A DNA stretch of 64,000 nt from Antedon mediterranea (GCF_964355755.1 NC_092670.1:6252201-6316200), one strand, 5' to 3'. Shown: positions 11,276 through 26,200, numbered from the stretch's first letter. The notes: generated from the sequence alone by a model not told the origin. A program made the numbers and translations.

Positions 11276-14200
11276 CTAAAAAAAACAAAAAAAAAAACAT
11301 TTAAATGTGTATACATTTCTTTTTATTTTATATTGATATAAACTGTTGACTTTTTTTTATGTTTGATGAATTTATAAAACTTCTAACTATTATCAGAAGA
11401 TTGTCCAAAAGTGCTTAAAATAAAAAATGAGGTTGAAGGAGAAAACAGATTAAATTACACAGAAATAAAAGGCTTTTTTTCTTCTGTTTAACATCGCTAT
11501 TTTCTACAAAATCACACTATCTAACACTTGGTTCCAATTTATAACTATTTACAATAGTGAAGGTGTGAAAAGGGTATAAACTAAAAATCTGTATTGAAGG
11601 TGAACACTGAAACAAAAAAGCAGGGCTGGATGATTCTATGGAGACGCAGACACCTCTTTTGTTTTTGTTTGTTCTGATGAATCTTTCTTCATAGTGATTT
11701 AGTCCTTGTTATTATGTTTACTCTGTATTGTTTTGAATTTTCTGGAATTTATGTTTTGTTGAAATAGAATAAATTAAAAGGGGGCATCATGTTAATCTTC
11801 TATGGAAAGTGTGATCCATAAAAAAAATGTATTGTAGATGGAGAAGTATCCTAAATGATATTTAGGCTTAGAGTTTGCAGATGGTCTTTTTTCTCTTTCT
11901 GTTTGTACGTTTGTTGATATAGATGAATTTTCCGAAATAAAAGAAATTGAATTGAATAAGATTTAAATATATAATAAATTTTACAAATATTAAATAAAAT
12001 AACCTTATGAAATGCTGTATTTCCATGACATTCTTTACAGGTTGTGGAGCTTCACAAATAAAAGGCTCACTCCGACAGTATTTGATTACACGAATTGTTG
12101 AAGCAATCATATGCTGAAAAACAAACAATATAGATCGTAAATTATATAGACAAAAGATATAAAAAACACGGAGCTATTGTTCAACATATTCTGCAGTTTT
12201 TGGTGAGCTCATAAATCAGTAGGATTATTTGATGGGTAGCACGCACCATATGGGCAAGCGACGGCTAGCACGCAATCTGTGGCAGAAGTTTACTACTAAA
12301 CGCAATAATTGTTAATGAGAGTCATTGTTAAAACAAATTCCACAGTTTTAGGTGAGTTTGTACATCAACAGATATTGTTTGAAGGGTAGAGGAATACTGC
12401 AATATATTCGATGGCAAACATGCAATATGTAAGCAATAACTTTTAATGAATTAAGAAAAATGTCTTTAAAAAACTACTGTACTAACAATTCAAACATTTG
12501 TACTCCAGTATTTAAAAAAAAAGTTTTCTAATTTTAATTCTATCGAAGGGTGATCTTAAAAACAGGCTTGCCCCGCCCCTGCAGCTTGTCTCAACTGAAC
12601 ATGTTTTGGAAACTTGATTTGACTGGTTTAACCAGAGCTTTATTATGGTAAAAAGTTGTACGAATAGTTGTTTCTGTATTCATTTCTAATTCAAAATGTA
12701 AATGGTTAAAATGTATTGTCCCCCAAAAACATGAAAAAATTAAGATTGATAAAAAAAAAGACTGAATATGCCATTTTGTAGTTTTAATAGAGTTAATCAC
12801 TTCTGTAGAAAAAGGAAATGTTTCCACTTATAATGACGCGGAGTACTGTAGAAAAGTTATAGATGGTGGTACAACAAGTTGATGTTCGAACAGTCAAAAA
12901 CGTTGCATGGCAAAAATTCTTGAAATGTTTTCAGAAAGCTAAACAGGCATTAGACTAGAGCATGTTAATTATCACTATTAGATATCACCTTTTCGTGATG
13001 TGTAATTAACCAATCAAATTGCAAGAACACAATCAGGTGTAACAATATTTTTAAAATATATTACCATCTTTTCAAAATTTATAAGTCCATCAAAAAACGT
13101 TTTGTTGCCTTCATGTGCAAAGGTCATGTCTTTTGTGAGTAGCGGCATGAATGGAATGAGAGGGGATTCTAGCTTTGCAACTGCTAAACGATAAACTCGA
13201 TGGTTTCTTGACGGATCCATTGTTGTCTCAAAATCTGCATACATTTTCCTGAATTTGCTTGGTAATTTCTACAGTGAAAACAGACGAAACTTAATAGTAA
13301 AAAATTGTAAAATATTTGTTTATCATTATATAACTTTGGTCTCTAATTAAAAACTAAAAAGAAATTGAAAACTCATTTTACTGTATACAGTACTATTAAG
13401 TATTTTTTATACAAAACGTTTCCACTATGAGGACGGGAGAACTACATTATATGGTTCACGTCGAGCACTCACTGTTGTATTTGCGTCATGTGTAAAAACC
13501 TAGCTATAGAGGCCCAGGGAAGAGTGGGTTGTTCTTCACTGAGGCAGTGTACACACAAATTAACAAAAAACATATAAATAAAGCATACAAATATAAAAAA
13601 AAATTATTTTATCTCTTTTAAAAAAAAGTAGTAAGTTTGAATTCCATTCTCGTGCTCCTCTCTTTCGTATTTGAGCAAGTCTTTAAAAGTGGAGTTTTCT
13701 TTAAAAACAAACTTTTGCAATGTAAGGAAATATTTTGGGTGTGGCTGAAGAGAATCTATTTCCAATAGTGTTAGATGTTATAAGGCTATAGTAATAGTAA
13801 TACTTTACAACAGCAAGTTAAGTTGTAAAATTTTATGAGTGATCAATGACATATAACGTGACAGCGTAAGTTTATGAGTAAGTATAAAAAACAAGATATT
13901 TAATATCACTTGTTTATTTCTTATATTTCTATTAAATAATATAGTAGTACTTGAAAGCATTAATTTGTTCAATGTTTGACAGTTTTTAGTAACATATGAT
14001 GATGCCATATTGTTATCTCTCACTGATGAAATATTGTACAAACAATTTTGATTGAGTTGGTAAAAGTACAATGCTTCCTTTTAACTAGATGGTACGCTCG
14101 CTTCGCTCGCGTACCATCTAGGTCGTGCCCACAGATGGTTCTCGAATACATAATAATTTCAGCGTTAAAAAACTGGCGATTTCAAATGTACGTACCGCAG

Positions 14201-17200
14201 GACAATAATACAGGAACGAATAAATAGACACTGTGATTTATATACTCAACTAAAATTAGCACCCTATTACTTCCGAAAGAGAAACTTGTCACAAAATAAG
14301 ACCAATTGTTTAAGTCAAATTTAAACAAACTTAATTTGTGTTTTGTATGTAACATTAGGGTTGAGGGATGGGGAAGAGGATGGGTGCAAAGAGGAACAAT
14401 GTTAAAATATATTCTTTATCCATTTAGTAACGAAATATTAATTGCTTTCATGTTTTACAAATAATATACCACTAAACACAGTAAAACATTGCGATGTAAT
14501 ACTTTGTTGAAACTATCACCGTCCTAGTCGATTGAAATAGTACAGCACATGTAACGATACATCACTACGACGTGTATATGTTTATAATATAATGTAAAAC
14601 AATTTGTGAAAACCACCTCTATTCGGGGAAAATCATAAATTCGATTTAATCGTCAATAAATATTAAATTATCTAACTCAACTTAATTAGTAGGCCTAAAT
14701 GGTTTTCAATTGTTTCTTAGAGCCAATTCATACTTAAGTTGGTTCCTACCCTACCCACCAAAGTTGTTCTGCGTTTAGGGCATGTGATGTACCGTAGGCC
14801 TATTTTCTACTGGTTTTACAACGCTACTCATGCCAGTGAGGGAAAGGTGATGATGTGGGTGGTTTAACTGCAATAATAAAAGATTTGTACATAATATACG
14901 GCGAGTGAAAACGCTAGCTCATTATCCGTTTAAAAAAAAATTATATCCAACCTCTGCAGCACAGATTGAAAACAAAAATGGATCGAATTTCGAGTATACA
15001 GTGCTGTACTTGCCTTTACGACGCCTGAGGGAATAGACACTTGTGAAACAGAGATTGGAATGTTCCATTTATCGCAAATCAATACATTTGTATAATTAAT
15101 CGTATATTAAATCTATCAAAATAGTATTTTTTAAAGAAAATCGGCCTGTCTTCAACATTATGATGCTGTACTCTAGCTGTTCAACCATTTTTCAGCTATT
15201 AAAAACAATTATCGTAGGAGGAGATAGGAAAATGCGAAGCCTCCTCGTATTTTTGTGGCGGGTATTTTTCAAGATGGACATCCATTAGACAGTGTATACC
15301 ACGATCGGAAAACACCCCTATTTGGGGCAAATCGTTGAACCTAAATTCGTTTTAATCGTCAATAACTAATTACCTAACTCAATTTAATTAGTAAACAGGG
15401 TTACATCAGATGGTTAAAATCAGTACCGAAAGTATGAACCAACTTTATATACCATCGAGTAGAAATTCTAGAAATAAACCGAGATTTACCGAATTTTGCC
15501 CTTACGTAAATTTATATATAGATATGTTCTTCTGATTTCTTGATCAATAAAATAACTAATAGTAATTCCATAGGATCCATTAGATTTCGTTATTACTAAA
15601 ACATAAATGATTACATCATAGGAGATTACATTCCACAAAATCTCATTACTATACTGAATAATTTGTGCAAAATTAACCTTATATGGAAACATTATTACAT
15701 TACTAAGACTAAAGCAGGGGTGCAGGCTGCTGATTAGTCAAAAAGCAGAAAATACTGTATTTTAACCATCATTTATCTCAGAAAATAAATTGTTTCCCTC
15801 CCTGAGACATTCGTTTGTTTTCCAGGCATTTTGGTAAAAGGTAACTGTAGCCTCTAAGAAAGGTTACCTTCTTTTGTGATTGCGATGTTCAGCGAGATAA
15901 TGATAAACAAACATAACTGAGGTAGGCGTAGTAAAAAATAAACTCCTCTATACTCGGGGAATGGTGAGATCTCTGAACACTACCATTTGGATGGTATCCA
16001 ATAAATAGTAAAGCTATACAATAATGATCACAATTTAAAGACCTGAAATCAGATGATGAAGCAGATGTTCATTCAAGAAATATAAGTGCCATAAGAAATA
16101 TTTACGATTTTAATGTTGCTCCATAAAATCACAAGATGAAATCAATGAAATTTTAATTCAACGGTAGCAAGATGGCGCACTATATGAATCCAGCCTTGTA
16201 TATGGAAAGGCAATAATGCTGTCTAAAGCTCTGTCTAGACTATCACATGGATTGAACTTTAAGCGGTGTACATGTAAAAAATAATTTGGCATCAATATCA
16301 TCAATATTTTTTCTGAACTTTATACATTTAGATCTATGGTACTCAACAATAGGGAGGTTTCGCAACCTTACGAATACGATAATGAAAACGGATACGTCAC
16401 ACATTCTGAAACTTTTGAGCTGACGATCCCCATTTCATATTCGTAAAGCGTTTTCGTGTTGACAAATATCACCAGTCATATTCGTAACTACAAAACGAGT
16501 ATAGTTTTTCCACAGTTTGCATTTGAATCATGAATGATTCATGATTATAATATAATTATAGATTTATTGAAAGTAATTTACTAAAGTAATTTACTAAAAT
16601 GCCAGGTCAATTTTGATAAATAGCAGTTTTTAAAGTCCTCACTCGCTTTGATGTTACACTAGGCCTAGGCAGCCAAGCACCAAGCTTAAGCAACACGTAC
16701 CTGCGCTTTGCTCAAATTTACCACAGTCATATTTTGGACGGCGCCCTCAATATTTTGTTGCCATGCGAAACAGATTTTTACTGGCTTACGAAAACGAATA
16801 CGTGTGAGTGATGTATCCGTTTTCGTTATCGTATTCGTAAGATTGCGAAACCTCTCTATTAAATTGGACAATAAAATACACTAACATTTTTACCTCCGCC
16901 AAGGAGGTTACGTTTTCACCCCTGTATGTTTGTGTGTGTGTTTGTGTGTTTGTGTGTGTGTCTGTGAACAGCCTGGAGGCCACAGTTTTTATCCGATTCT
17001 CACCAAATTTGGCAACAATAATCTATGCCCCAAAAGCTCGGACGAGTTCGAATTTGAGGGGAAAAGGTCATAGGTCAAGGTCACAACTAACAAAAAACTA
17101 TTTTACTGCCTAGAGACCACAGTTTTTATCCAATTCTCACCAAACTTAGCCACAATGATCAATGACACATCATATAATTGTGGTTAAATTTTGAAGGGTC

Positions 17201-20200
17201 AGGGTCAAAGATCAAGGTCCACAAAAAAAAAAAAAAAGAAATAAAAAAATAATAAAAAAAAAAAACCTCAGTGGGACTTGAACCAGCGATCTCAACTGTG
17301 AGAGGCTGGATACATAACCATTACACCTCACTGTCATCCACAACTTTGTAGTGTGCAGTTAACATATTTACACTTAGAACTAATAAAAAAAATGTTAAAA
17401 AAAAATATTCAGGGGGCATTTTATGTAGGGGAATTTTACAGTAGGCGGAGGTTTGTACTCTCGGAGTACCCTCTAGTTCTGGCTATAAATTTACGTTGCA
17501 AAAAGTTTGAAAACATTCAAATTGATAGTACTGTACTTTTGTTATATTAGGCTTAATATTATATTTTTTACTATTATTAAAACATATTTTCCTGGCTATA
17601 ATTATTTTCATTATATTGTTTTGCAACTCAAAGAAATATCACACATGTTAAAAAGTAAAAATTACCTCCCACGTTTGAGAAAGTCTGCTAACTGCAATAT
17701 TGCTAAGTCCCATTACTATTGCAAAGAATGAGTGCATGTTTTGATAATCTTTACAACTGGAAAAAAAGTAATAAAAATACATGTATATTATACGATAACA
17801 AGAAAAGATAACCAGAATATTTTGTGATATAGATCAAGCAAAACACATTGTATCCAGTGTTATGAGGCTCAGAGTCTGTGCCTGTACTTAAGCGTCAACA
17901 CTACTTCAAGTGTTCTCAATGTACTTTAGTATAAAATACAAATTCATTTCAGTAGGGCAAACATCTCAGTAAAACTAACTAAGACAATTAAAGCGAGAAT
18001 GACCAAAAGATTTGAATTGAATCCACCACTCTGTTAGTTCGACCAGGGAGGTATCGAACCAAAAAATATGATTATATTTAAATATATATATATCTAAAAA
18101 ATTTAATACTTACTATGCAGCAATTTTGATAAATTTCTTAAGTAGTAACACTCGCTTATTAATGCTAGGAGTAAGGCACATTTCAGAAACAACCCAAAAT
18201 TGCACTTCATTAAATCGCCGGATAAACATATCCAAGTTTGCAGTAATACGGCCAAATCTGTGCCGTCCAAATGTGTGATACACCAATTCGTACTGAAAAG
18301 AGTAAAAAAAGGATAATTTTTCTGATTTGTAGTGAGTAATACTTTTTAATAATTCATTATAATAAATTTTATGGAACACCATTGGAATTTCAAAATGTAG
18401 CATAAAACGCCTACAAATGTTGCAAAATACAGCTTCTCCTCTTTTTGCAGGAATTACATTGGCCCCCATGTCAGCCATAATAGGTTTATTTTAAAAATAC
18501 TCCTGATCACTTTCAAGACCTTAAAAGGTAAAGGCCCAGCCTCCATGAGTTGCTCATGTGGTACTTCAACTCTATGGCCAAAATTGGAATACTGCCTTTT
18601 TCACAACATCTATTCTTCACCAATATTGATGAAAGCAGCGGAATTAAAGAAATGTTTTGTATTCATTAGATGGAGATTAAATATTCTATAAATGTTTTGT
18701 ATTCATTGAATTAAAATATTCTAACCATTCAACTCCTAACATTCATTATTTGCATATTACCTCATGAATACAATTGAATAGTTCCCAGTCAAACAATGTC
18801 AATTGAAAGGCTACTTCTTTTGAACTCATCAGTTCAAAAGTTGCTATAGAACTTGTCTTTGGCCCAGCTTGTTCAGGCAATGATACCTACATTTAATAAA
18901 AGATAAAAACAAATCTTATTCCTCTGCAAAAGTTATAATAAAATAAATAACAAACAAACAATGAGTTTCTAAAATGGAAAAAGGTTCGTTCAATCCCTGG
19001 CAGTCAATTGTCCAATCAACTTGGATTGTGCTTACTTATTTGCTTAAACCATGCAATGCATCCTAAAGACGGTGGTACTTAAAAACCAAAACTTAGAGAC
19101 ATTTTCAACTTTACATTTCCTTTTGGAAATGTAGAGATACTTTACTACAAACTAACAAACAGTATGTAATTTATTATGGTCAAATTAATGGTCAAAAAGA
19201 TGATCAGTTCTCACTCACCAGTGCGTCAATATGATCTCTTGAAGATATGAACAACTTGCCATTAAGACTGAGGTTAGAGGTCACACAGATATCAGATTCC
19301 TTTAAAACTATTCTTTCTGAAAGAGAAATTTATTAGAGCATTTAGATTGTCATCTACCTCATAACATTACAATGAATACCCCAAAACGAATGGACAGGAA
19401 AGAGTTATGAGAAATGCGCGAGGATAAAGCAACAGAGGATCGAAAGAATGGACATTCACGACAGCCAATCTGCTTTAAGTGGAGGACATCCACAGGTAAA
19501 AGTATAAATACAAACCTCCAGTAGATTTGACTTCACAGAGCACAAGATCATCTCCAACACACAACTTGTCTGAGGCGATATGAATAATGTGAGAACAAGT
19601 ACTATCCATGGGAACACGTACTGTTGTGTACGTATGATCAGCACAGTAAACCTTGAATATATCTAGATGGAAACAAATGTAATTGTTAAAATGATACGAT
19701 TACAAATTTATGTGCAGCACCTATAATTATGAGCAGATTGGCATACAAATCCTCATCTCTTTTCGAATAGTATACCAAGTTCTTTAACATGCATACAGAT
19801 TGTGCAAATTGTATACTATGCTTTAAACCAGGTCTCAAACCCATGCCTCTCATGTGCTAGTCTTATTCCCTTTAGCCATTGCCCCATATCTATCATGTAC
19901 AAATAAACCTTATTAAAACAATGTGATACCCACTTTCATGGGATGCCTTGATGGGCTTTCTCATTGGTGCACGCCCTTCGGATGCACAATAGTCGTTACC
20001 ATGATGACTGTTCATAAAATGACGTGTTTTTCCACGTGAAGGTGATGCTTTGACGTTGGTTTCTCGAAACTGGACGATTCGTTCTACATTACTTAACTCA
20101 ACTAGAAGTAAAGGGTAAGCTTTACTGTCTTCTTCAACAGCTGCATAGAGAGTCTGTAAGAACAAAGAAAATTGAAAAATTCAATACTGTTTTATTTTAT

Positions 20201-23200
20201 AGTGGAGAAGCTTGGTAGTTCTATTTAGAACAATTTCTACTCCACCTCCTAAGTCTCAAATGAGACTTTATATTAGATAAATTATAGTTTTAATGTGAGT
20301 TTCTTGTTGTATGTACAGTATGTATATGAATGAGAAATAATAATTTGATCTTTGCAAAATTTTGTATATAGGAAATTCCTGTTTAGACCATCAATCTGAA
20401 AAGATTCTTCCAAAAAGTTGCAAAATCTTCCCTTATATTTAAAATGCATTTTCAAAAAAACTCCCACAGGCTCCCAGAAAACCAGTCCAAGGCTGTGCAT
20501 TTCATAAATGCTTTAATGTTTATTAATAAAGTCTATGATGTTGAAAACTTTATTGAAAACCTCAAGAAATGCCATAATAGTAGCGTCCTCTTTGAAAGCA
20601 TGTCCAGCTACGACGCTCCAATGCCACACCAGCTTCAACACACGTTGCTTGTTGTTCATCATGTAATCATGCTTCTCTTGTTCCGTGCCTAACACCATTA
20701 ATGAATGATAAGTGATCACAAGTCAAGGAAAAATAAATGTTAATATAATCAAAAGGAAAAAAAATAAAATAGTAGAAGATCCAGGTTAAGAAGGAAGGTA
20801 TTGGACGAGTCTAAACTGAAGAAAAAGATTTTTAATTTGAAAGTTCAGTCACAATAAAAGCAAATTTCTCGCTCATGCAGCCATAATGAAAGATCAGAGC
20901 AACTATTTCAATCTTATTGATGCACAAGGGAGAAAAATACTTATTGCCAACACTTGTAAAGGATATTGTTCCATGAGTGCTGGACACAGTTGGTTACTAG
21001 GCATAAAGACAATGTGCGTTAAAAGGAAGTCTTCCAGGAATGTATCCGTCTCATCCTGGTGACTATCAATCCTCGTTTCTAATAAATGCTCCAACATTTT
21101 TTCAGGTGTGCCTGCCATCACTGAATACCTGAAAAAGATTATTTAAATTTGGTGTATTTGGGGATGGATTTATGAATAACATATGATTGGCTTTTTTTTT
21201 TATAGACATTTTTTCTATGTTTTTCAATAACTTATATTTACCATACAATGTGATGACTTTTGGAGACTTATTTGGCTTATTTGAGTATCCACATATAGAA
21301 CTAGTCAACCAAGACAATGTTAAATTTAAAGTTATTTATTATTTTATGTGAAACAATAAAATTAATGAAGTAAAAAAATCATTTTAAATAATATCTTTAA
21401 ATCTAAACGTTCATACTTGTAATGTGTAGGCTTCCCTTCAGCTGCTTTCAACCTATTAGTTGGGATTTTCTCAAGAACTAGTACATCTCTTCCATGCTCC
21501 TTGAGCCGCACTGTGTTTGCTTCAACGTCTCGCAATATTCTATTAAAGTCATCTTTATCAACACGCAAAAACTGACAATTGTCTTCTCGTAAGATAATGG
21601 AAGCAGCACGTGGTGAGTCGTTTACAAGAGCTAGCTTGCCAAAGTCGTCCCCTTCGTGTAGAGTACACACAACACCTTTCCCGTAGATCTCAACATTTAC
21701 AGAACCGTGCAAGATTATATACCAAGATTTGCCATCATCTCCTTGATTGAACACTGTAAAACCAAACAATAATACAATTTATTTTGTAAACTTTAAAAAT
21801 GTTATCATTTAATTAATATTGTTTTTTTTAGAGTAGACTTAATAGGTTGTGTATAGTTCCTAGTACCCTTCATTTGTTTTACATGTATACACTGTTATTG
21901 GAAAAAGACAAAGAATGAAAAGAAACGAAGAAAAAAATAACACTAATTTTTACAAATGTAAATAAAAAAAATAAACAGTTTTAAAAAGCGGGAGAAGTAA
22001 TGATAAAAAGAAGATAAAAAAGAAATAAAAAAAGAATGATAATAATAAAAAGGAATTTAAAGAAAGAGTAAAAAATATATATATAAATGAAAAGTAAAGT
22101 ATTTTGAAAAGGGGGAAAAGTAATAATAAAAAGAAGATAAAAATAACAAAAAAAGAAGAAAAAGAAGATGACAAGAGAAAAGGAAGGAAAAAAAGTATAA
22201 GAAAAAATAGAAAAAGAAAAAAGAAGAAAAAATAAAGATGTTTCAATATGTTTCACAAAACATCAAACTGAATATTCACTAGTATGCTATTCCCTACTAA
22301 ACATCCATTTATAAATGTATACACAAAGAAAGTCTATTATTAAAATAAAATAAAATATCCCTTTGTTCATATATGTTTCAAAGCTTTTAGTAAATTCTTC
22401 AGAACAGTGAATAGTAAAAGAAATTGATTCTTACTTAAAGTTATATGCTGCCATCTATAAATTAATGGCAATTACATTTGGTAATTAATTTTAGTTGTCA
22501 AGATAAACTATTATCCTAAACAGTATGACTTGGCTATTTATAGAATATACCGATTACTAAAGACTTAATTTAAAAAACGAAATGCATATTATGGATTTTT
22601 TCCTATGGCTATGTTTCTTTAATCATTTTTTTCTAAATATTGTTATATTCTCTAGTAGTATATGAAATATAATATTTACTTTAAAATAACTAAAAACACA
22701 CTATTTGTAGTTATTAAATCAAAATTCTGCAATTTTTAAAAATAAAAAATGTTTTTGATAAAATATTTTTAGAAATGTAAGTATAGTTTTTTTATTACTT
22801 TTATTTTTTACATTTTATTCAAATTATTCTTTGTCTCTAGAGTCCTATAGCTTGAAGTGTTAAAATAGAAGTGAGTGATTACCTGGGCCCTGAAAATTCT
22901 ACAGAGAAAAGAATACTATTTAAAAACCTACACATTTGATATATGAATAGCCGTCAATGCCATATGAACACCCCTTGGGATAATATGCTTAAATCTGGAC
23001 AGAGAGTAGATGCATTTGCTTCAGGAACTAATGTTTGTAATGTACATTATTATTTAAAACTGCTTATGGACAGCCTTAAACATAGACAAATATAATCTAG
23101 ACATCAGAATTTTCTCTAACCTAGCACTTTTCACATACTTACCCGTGATCGATCTACCAGGACAGTACAGTAGGAGATTAAAAGTGTTATTAAGAGAACC

Positions 23201-26200
23201 TCAAACCACTGAAAGCCTGGGCTATACAAAAGTCATGACATTTTCAGATAATTTTAAATGTCTCATTTTCAACTGCACAATGAAATTAATTAATTTAATT
23301 TTTTAACTGTTTTAATATTTGGAAATATGTTATCTTGTATAATATAACATAATTATATAGTTTGTAGCACAGCAAACAGATGGTAGATAGATAGACAAAA
23401 GCTGTACAAAAAACAGCAGAAGACAACAAGAACATACGGTAATAAACAGTTGGAGAGATCTTTCTGTAGATGGTTACAAATGGCAGTTCTTGAAATGAGA
23501 GATCATGGATCTTTGAGAAAAAAACATGTTATACCACCTAAAATGAAAGTTATGATAAGCTAGTGTTTGTCTCGACAAAATGAAAACAAACTTACACACT
23601 GTTCCTGCATTTTGATGCGATTCAAAAACAAGAACGCTTGCAAGTTCACGCTTTACCATCGTTGATAGATGTGCCAAAGCTTTGATGTGAAGCAACTCTT
23701 CGTAAATGATCTCCAGATCATCCGGACTCCTCTCCAGTGGACTGCAAGACATCAAATATCAAGGTTAAGAATTTATTTTAAATAATCAAAAAAAAGGTAA
23801 CATAATGAAAATTTATCGAAATGTAATGACCAATTTAAAGAGTAGTTCTGGGTATAAAAAAAACCCTTTGCAACAACATTGATAATAATGACTTCACAAG
23901 CATTGTGAAATAAGCCTTTTTGACTTTTGTATGATGTTTATTATGTAAGATAGGAAATTCAGCAAAATTGACTGTCATTTCTTATGTAGCACCATCTTTG
24001 CAGAAACACTTTTTTTTTTAATGGAAATATTTCCATAATGATTTATATTCTTCTTTACTTAGTTGGGTTAATATCAATGTTGTTGCAAGTGTTTATATAT
24101 TTTAACCAGGAATTACCCTTTAATCTTAGCTGTCCTTTACGATGCTTGTCACTGTGGATGGTTTTAAAATTAAAGATGCTTAACAAACAAAAAATGTTGA
24201 GTGGTTTTGTGTGTGATATGAATTTCTTATTTATTAGTTTTATTAAAATAAAAATTGGATGGATATTTTGATAATTAATGTTATTATAGAATGACACAAT
24301 AGCAAAAATAAGAAACAATTAAAGCATGAAAAGCGAAGAAGTTACCAAGAAAGCAGATTCTAAAAATAACATTCAATCTATAAATCAAAGGACAGATTTG
24401 GAATTTGGTAAATATATCTGATCTGATCTTTGCTTAAAATTACAAATTTAATTGGCATTTGGCGTGAATAGGAGAGATACAATGCATTTAATTTTACCTG
24501 GTTTTACAACAATATTAGCAACAAATTAATCATTGAAATAATCAGACTACACATTCAAGAAAAAATGTAATTGCCAATTACTGAATCTAAAACACATTTG
24601 ATCATGGGGCCCTGGGTTGTTTAACTGTTTTCGACTTGAACAGAAATTCTAGTACCTGTATATGAGATTGGAACCCAGTATTCGATGATTGGATCATGTT
24701 TAAACCACTGAACCACTTACAAAAAAAATACAAACACATAACAGAATCAGAAAAATTACGGTAACCAAATAAAAAGTCAAAATTGAATACATTTATTGCC
24801 TGTTTTTGCCTTTTAAATAAAACGAGTACAGTTTTAAATGAAGTGCATTTCAAAGTGAGTAAGGTTGACAGCTGGAAAGAGATGCTAAACGCTATACAAA
24901 TACAACGTCTTCTACTAATAGCTTTCATGATATAAAACCAATTGCTTAAATTGAGGTCAGAGTAAAACAGAAATTGGCAAGACACTGCAGGAAACTAAAC
25001 TGTAGCCAAAGGGGTAAAATGCAAATAAACAGCTTTAATTAAATGTATTAAATGAAATTAGGTGAGGGAAATACTAGATAGAATGTGTAATATATTATTA
25101 AACAGCCTTTAAGTATATATTTAATGTGACAAGGTGATATTTGACACTGAAGGAAAGATGGGTTAAAAGTCGTTACATTAAATGTTAGTTATAAACTGTT
25201 CAACACTTACAGAAAATAATTATCAATAGTACTGTAGGTTAAAAACGCAAAACGTGGGTTAAAATTACATAATTTCCAAGTAAGTAAATTCACTTGAATT
25301 AACACCACAAAAGAGAGAAAGGCCCCAATAATTTAACTTTTTTAAAAGTGTGACAACTTAAGAAATACATGAGGTTATTTTTTAATGAATGTAGCAAAGA
25401 ATCAATAGTCTGCAGACTGTAATATTATTCACAGGAGTTAAGCTTTGGTTTTCTGATAATTCCATTTATGAGACATTCAATACAATGTGCGACAATTGAG
25501 AAATGGGGTCAGCTTCTGCTGAAATCTACACTGATACTTTCTTTTTGAAAACAACAAAAAACAAACTTTGAAATACATTTGACATGGCATATAAGAAAAA
25601 CCTGAATAACTGTTTAAAAATAAGTTGAAGTTGATATAATCCAAAAACAGACCGCGTTTAAAGATGTATTGTCCCCCAAAAACATGAAAAATAAAGATTA
25701 ATTAAATCAGACTTTGAATAAGTTATTTTGTTGTTTTAATAAAGTTAATCACTTCCGTAGAAATAAAAACTGAAAAAAATAATGTTTTCACTTATAAAAT
25801 AACATGATAAATGGTTAAATTCAACCAAAAATCCTTTGGCTGGCAACCAATTTGGCTGGCAATCTATTTTTTTCAGGTAAATAAATTTTTTTCGATTCAA
25901 TTTTTGGTCGAAGTCAATAACTATTATGTGACATTAAAATGGCATATTAAAAAAAAAAAATGTAAAAAAATTATTTTCAGGGGGACAATACATCTTTAAA
26001 TGCTAAAAAAGCCTATTTTAAATTAGTGGGTTAATGTTGTTTTCTAAGATGCGATGAGATCAGGCAGTAAAAGGGTAAAGATACTAATTGACCTGATATG
26101 ATATTAATAATAACTATTAGTGTTGTATTGCAGATAAAGGTTACATAACACAAATGATTAAGTGTTTTAAACCATTATTTTGAGAAAGCTATTTAACTCT

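Noticed and set aside
17266-17335. Functional tRNA gene
   Set aside because: Acceptor and anticodon stems do not close properly and it is embedded in a TE; treated as tRNA-derived only.
18293-18478. N-terminal part of ORF 18113..18478 (MADMGANV..)
   Set aside because: Intron read-through; the exon starts at 18292 after TTTTCAG and joins 18761 in phase.
21950-22256. Phe/Leu-rich membrane-protein-like ORFs
   Set aside because: Translation of a T-rich low-complexity strand.
23742-23770. TTCTTAAC upstream of the acceptor as a second U12 branch site
   Set aside because: The matching donor at 35492 is GTAAGT (U2 type) and the motif deviates from TTCCTTRAC.
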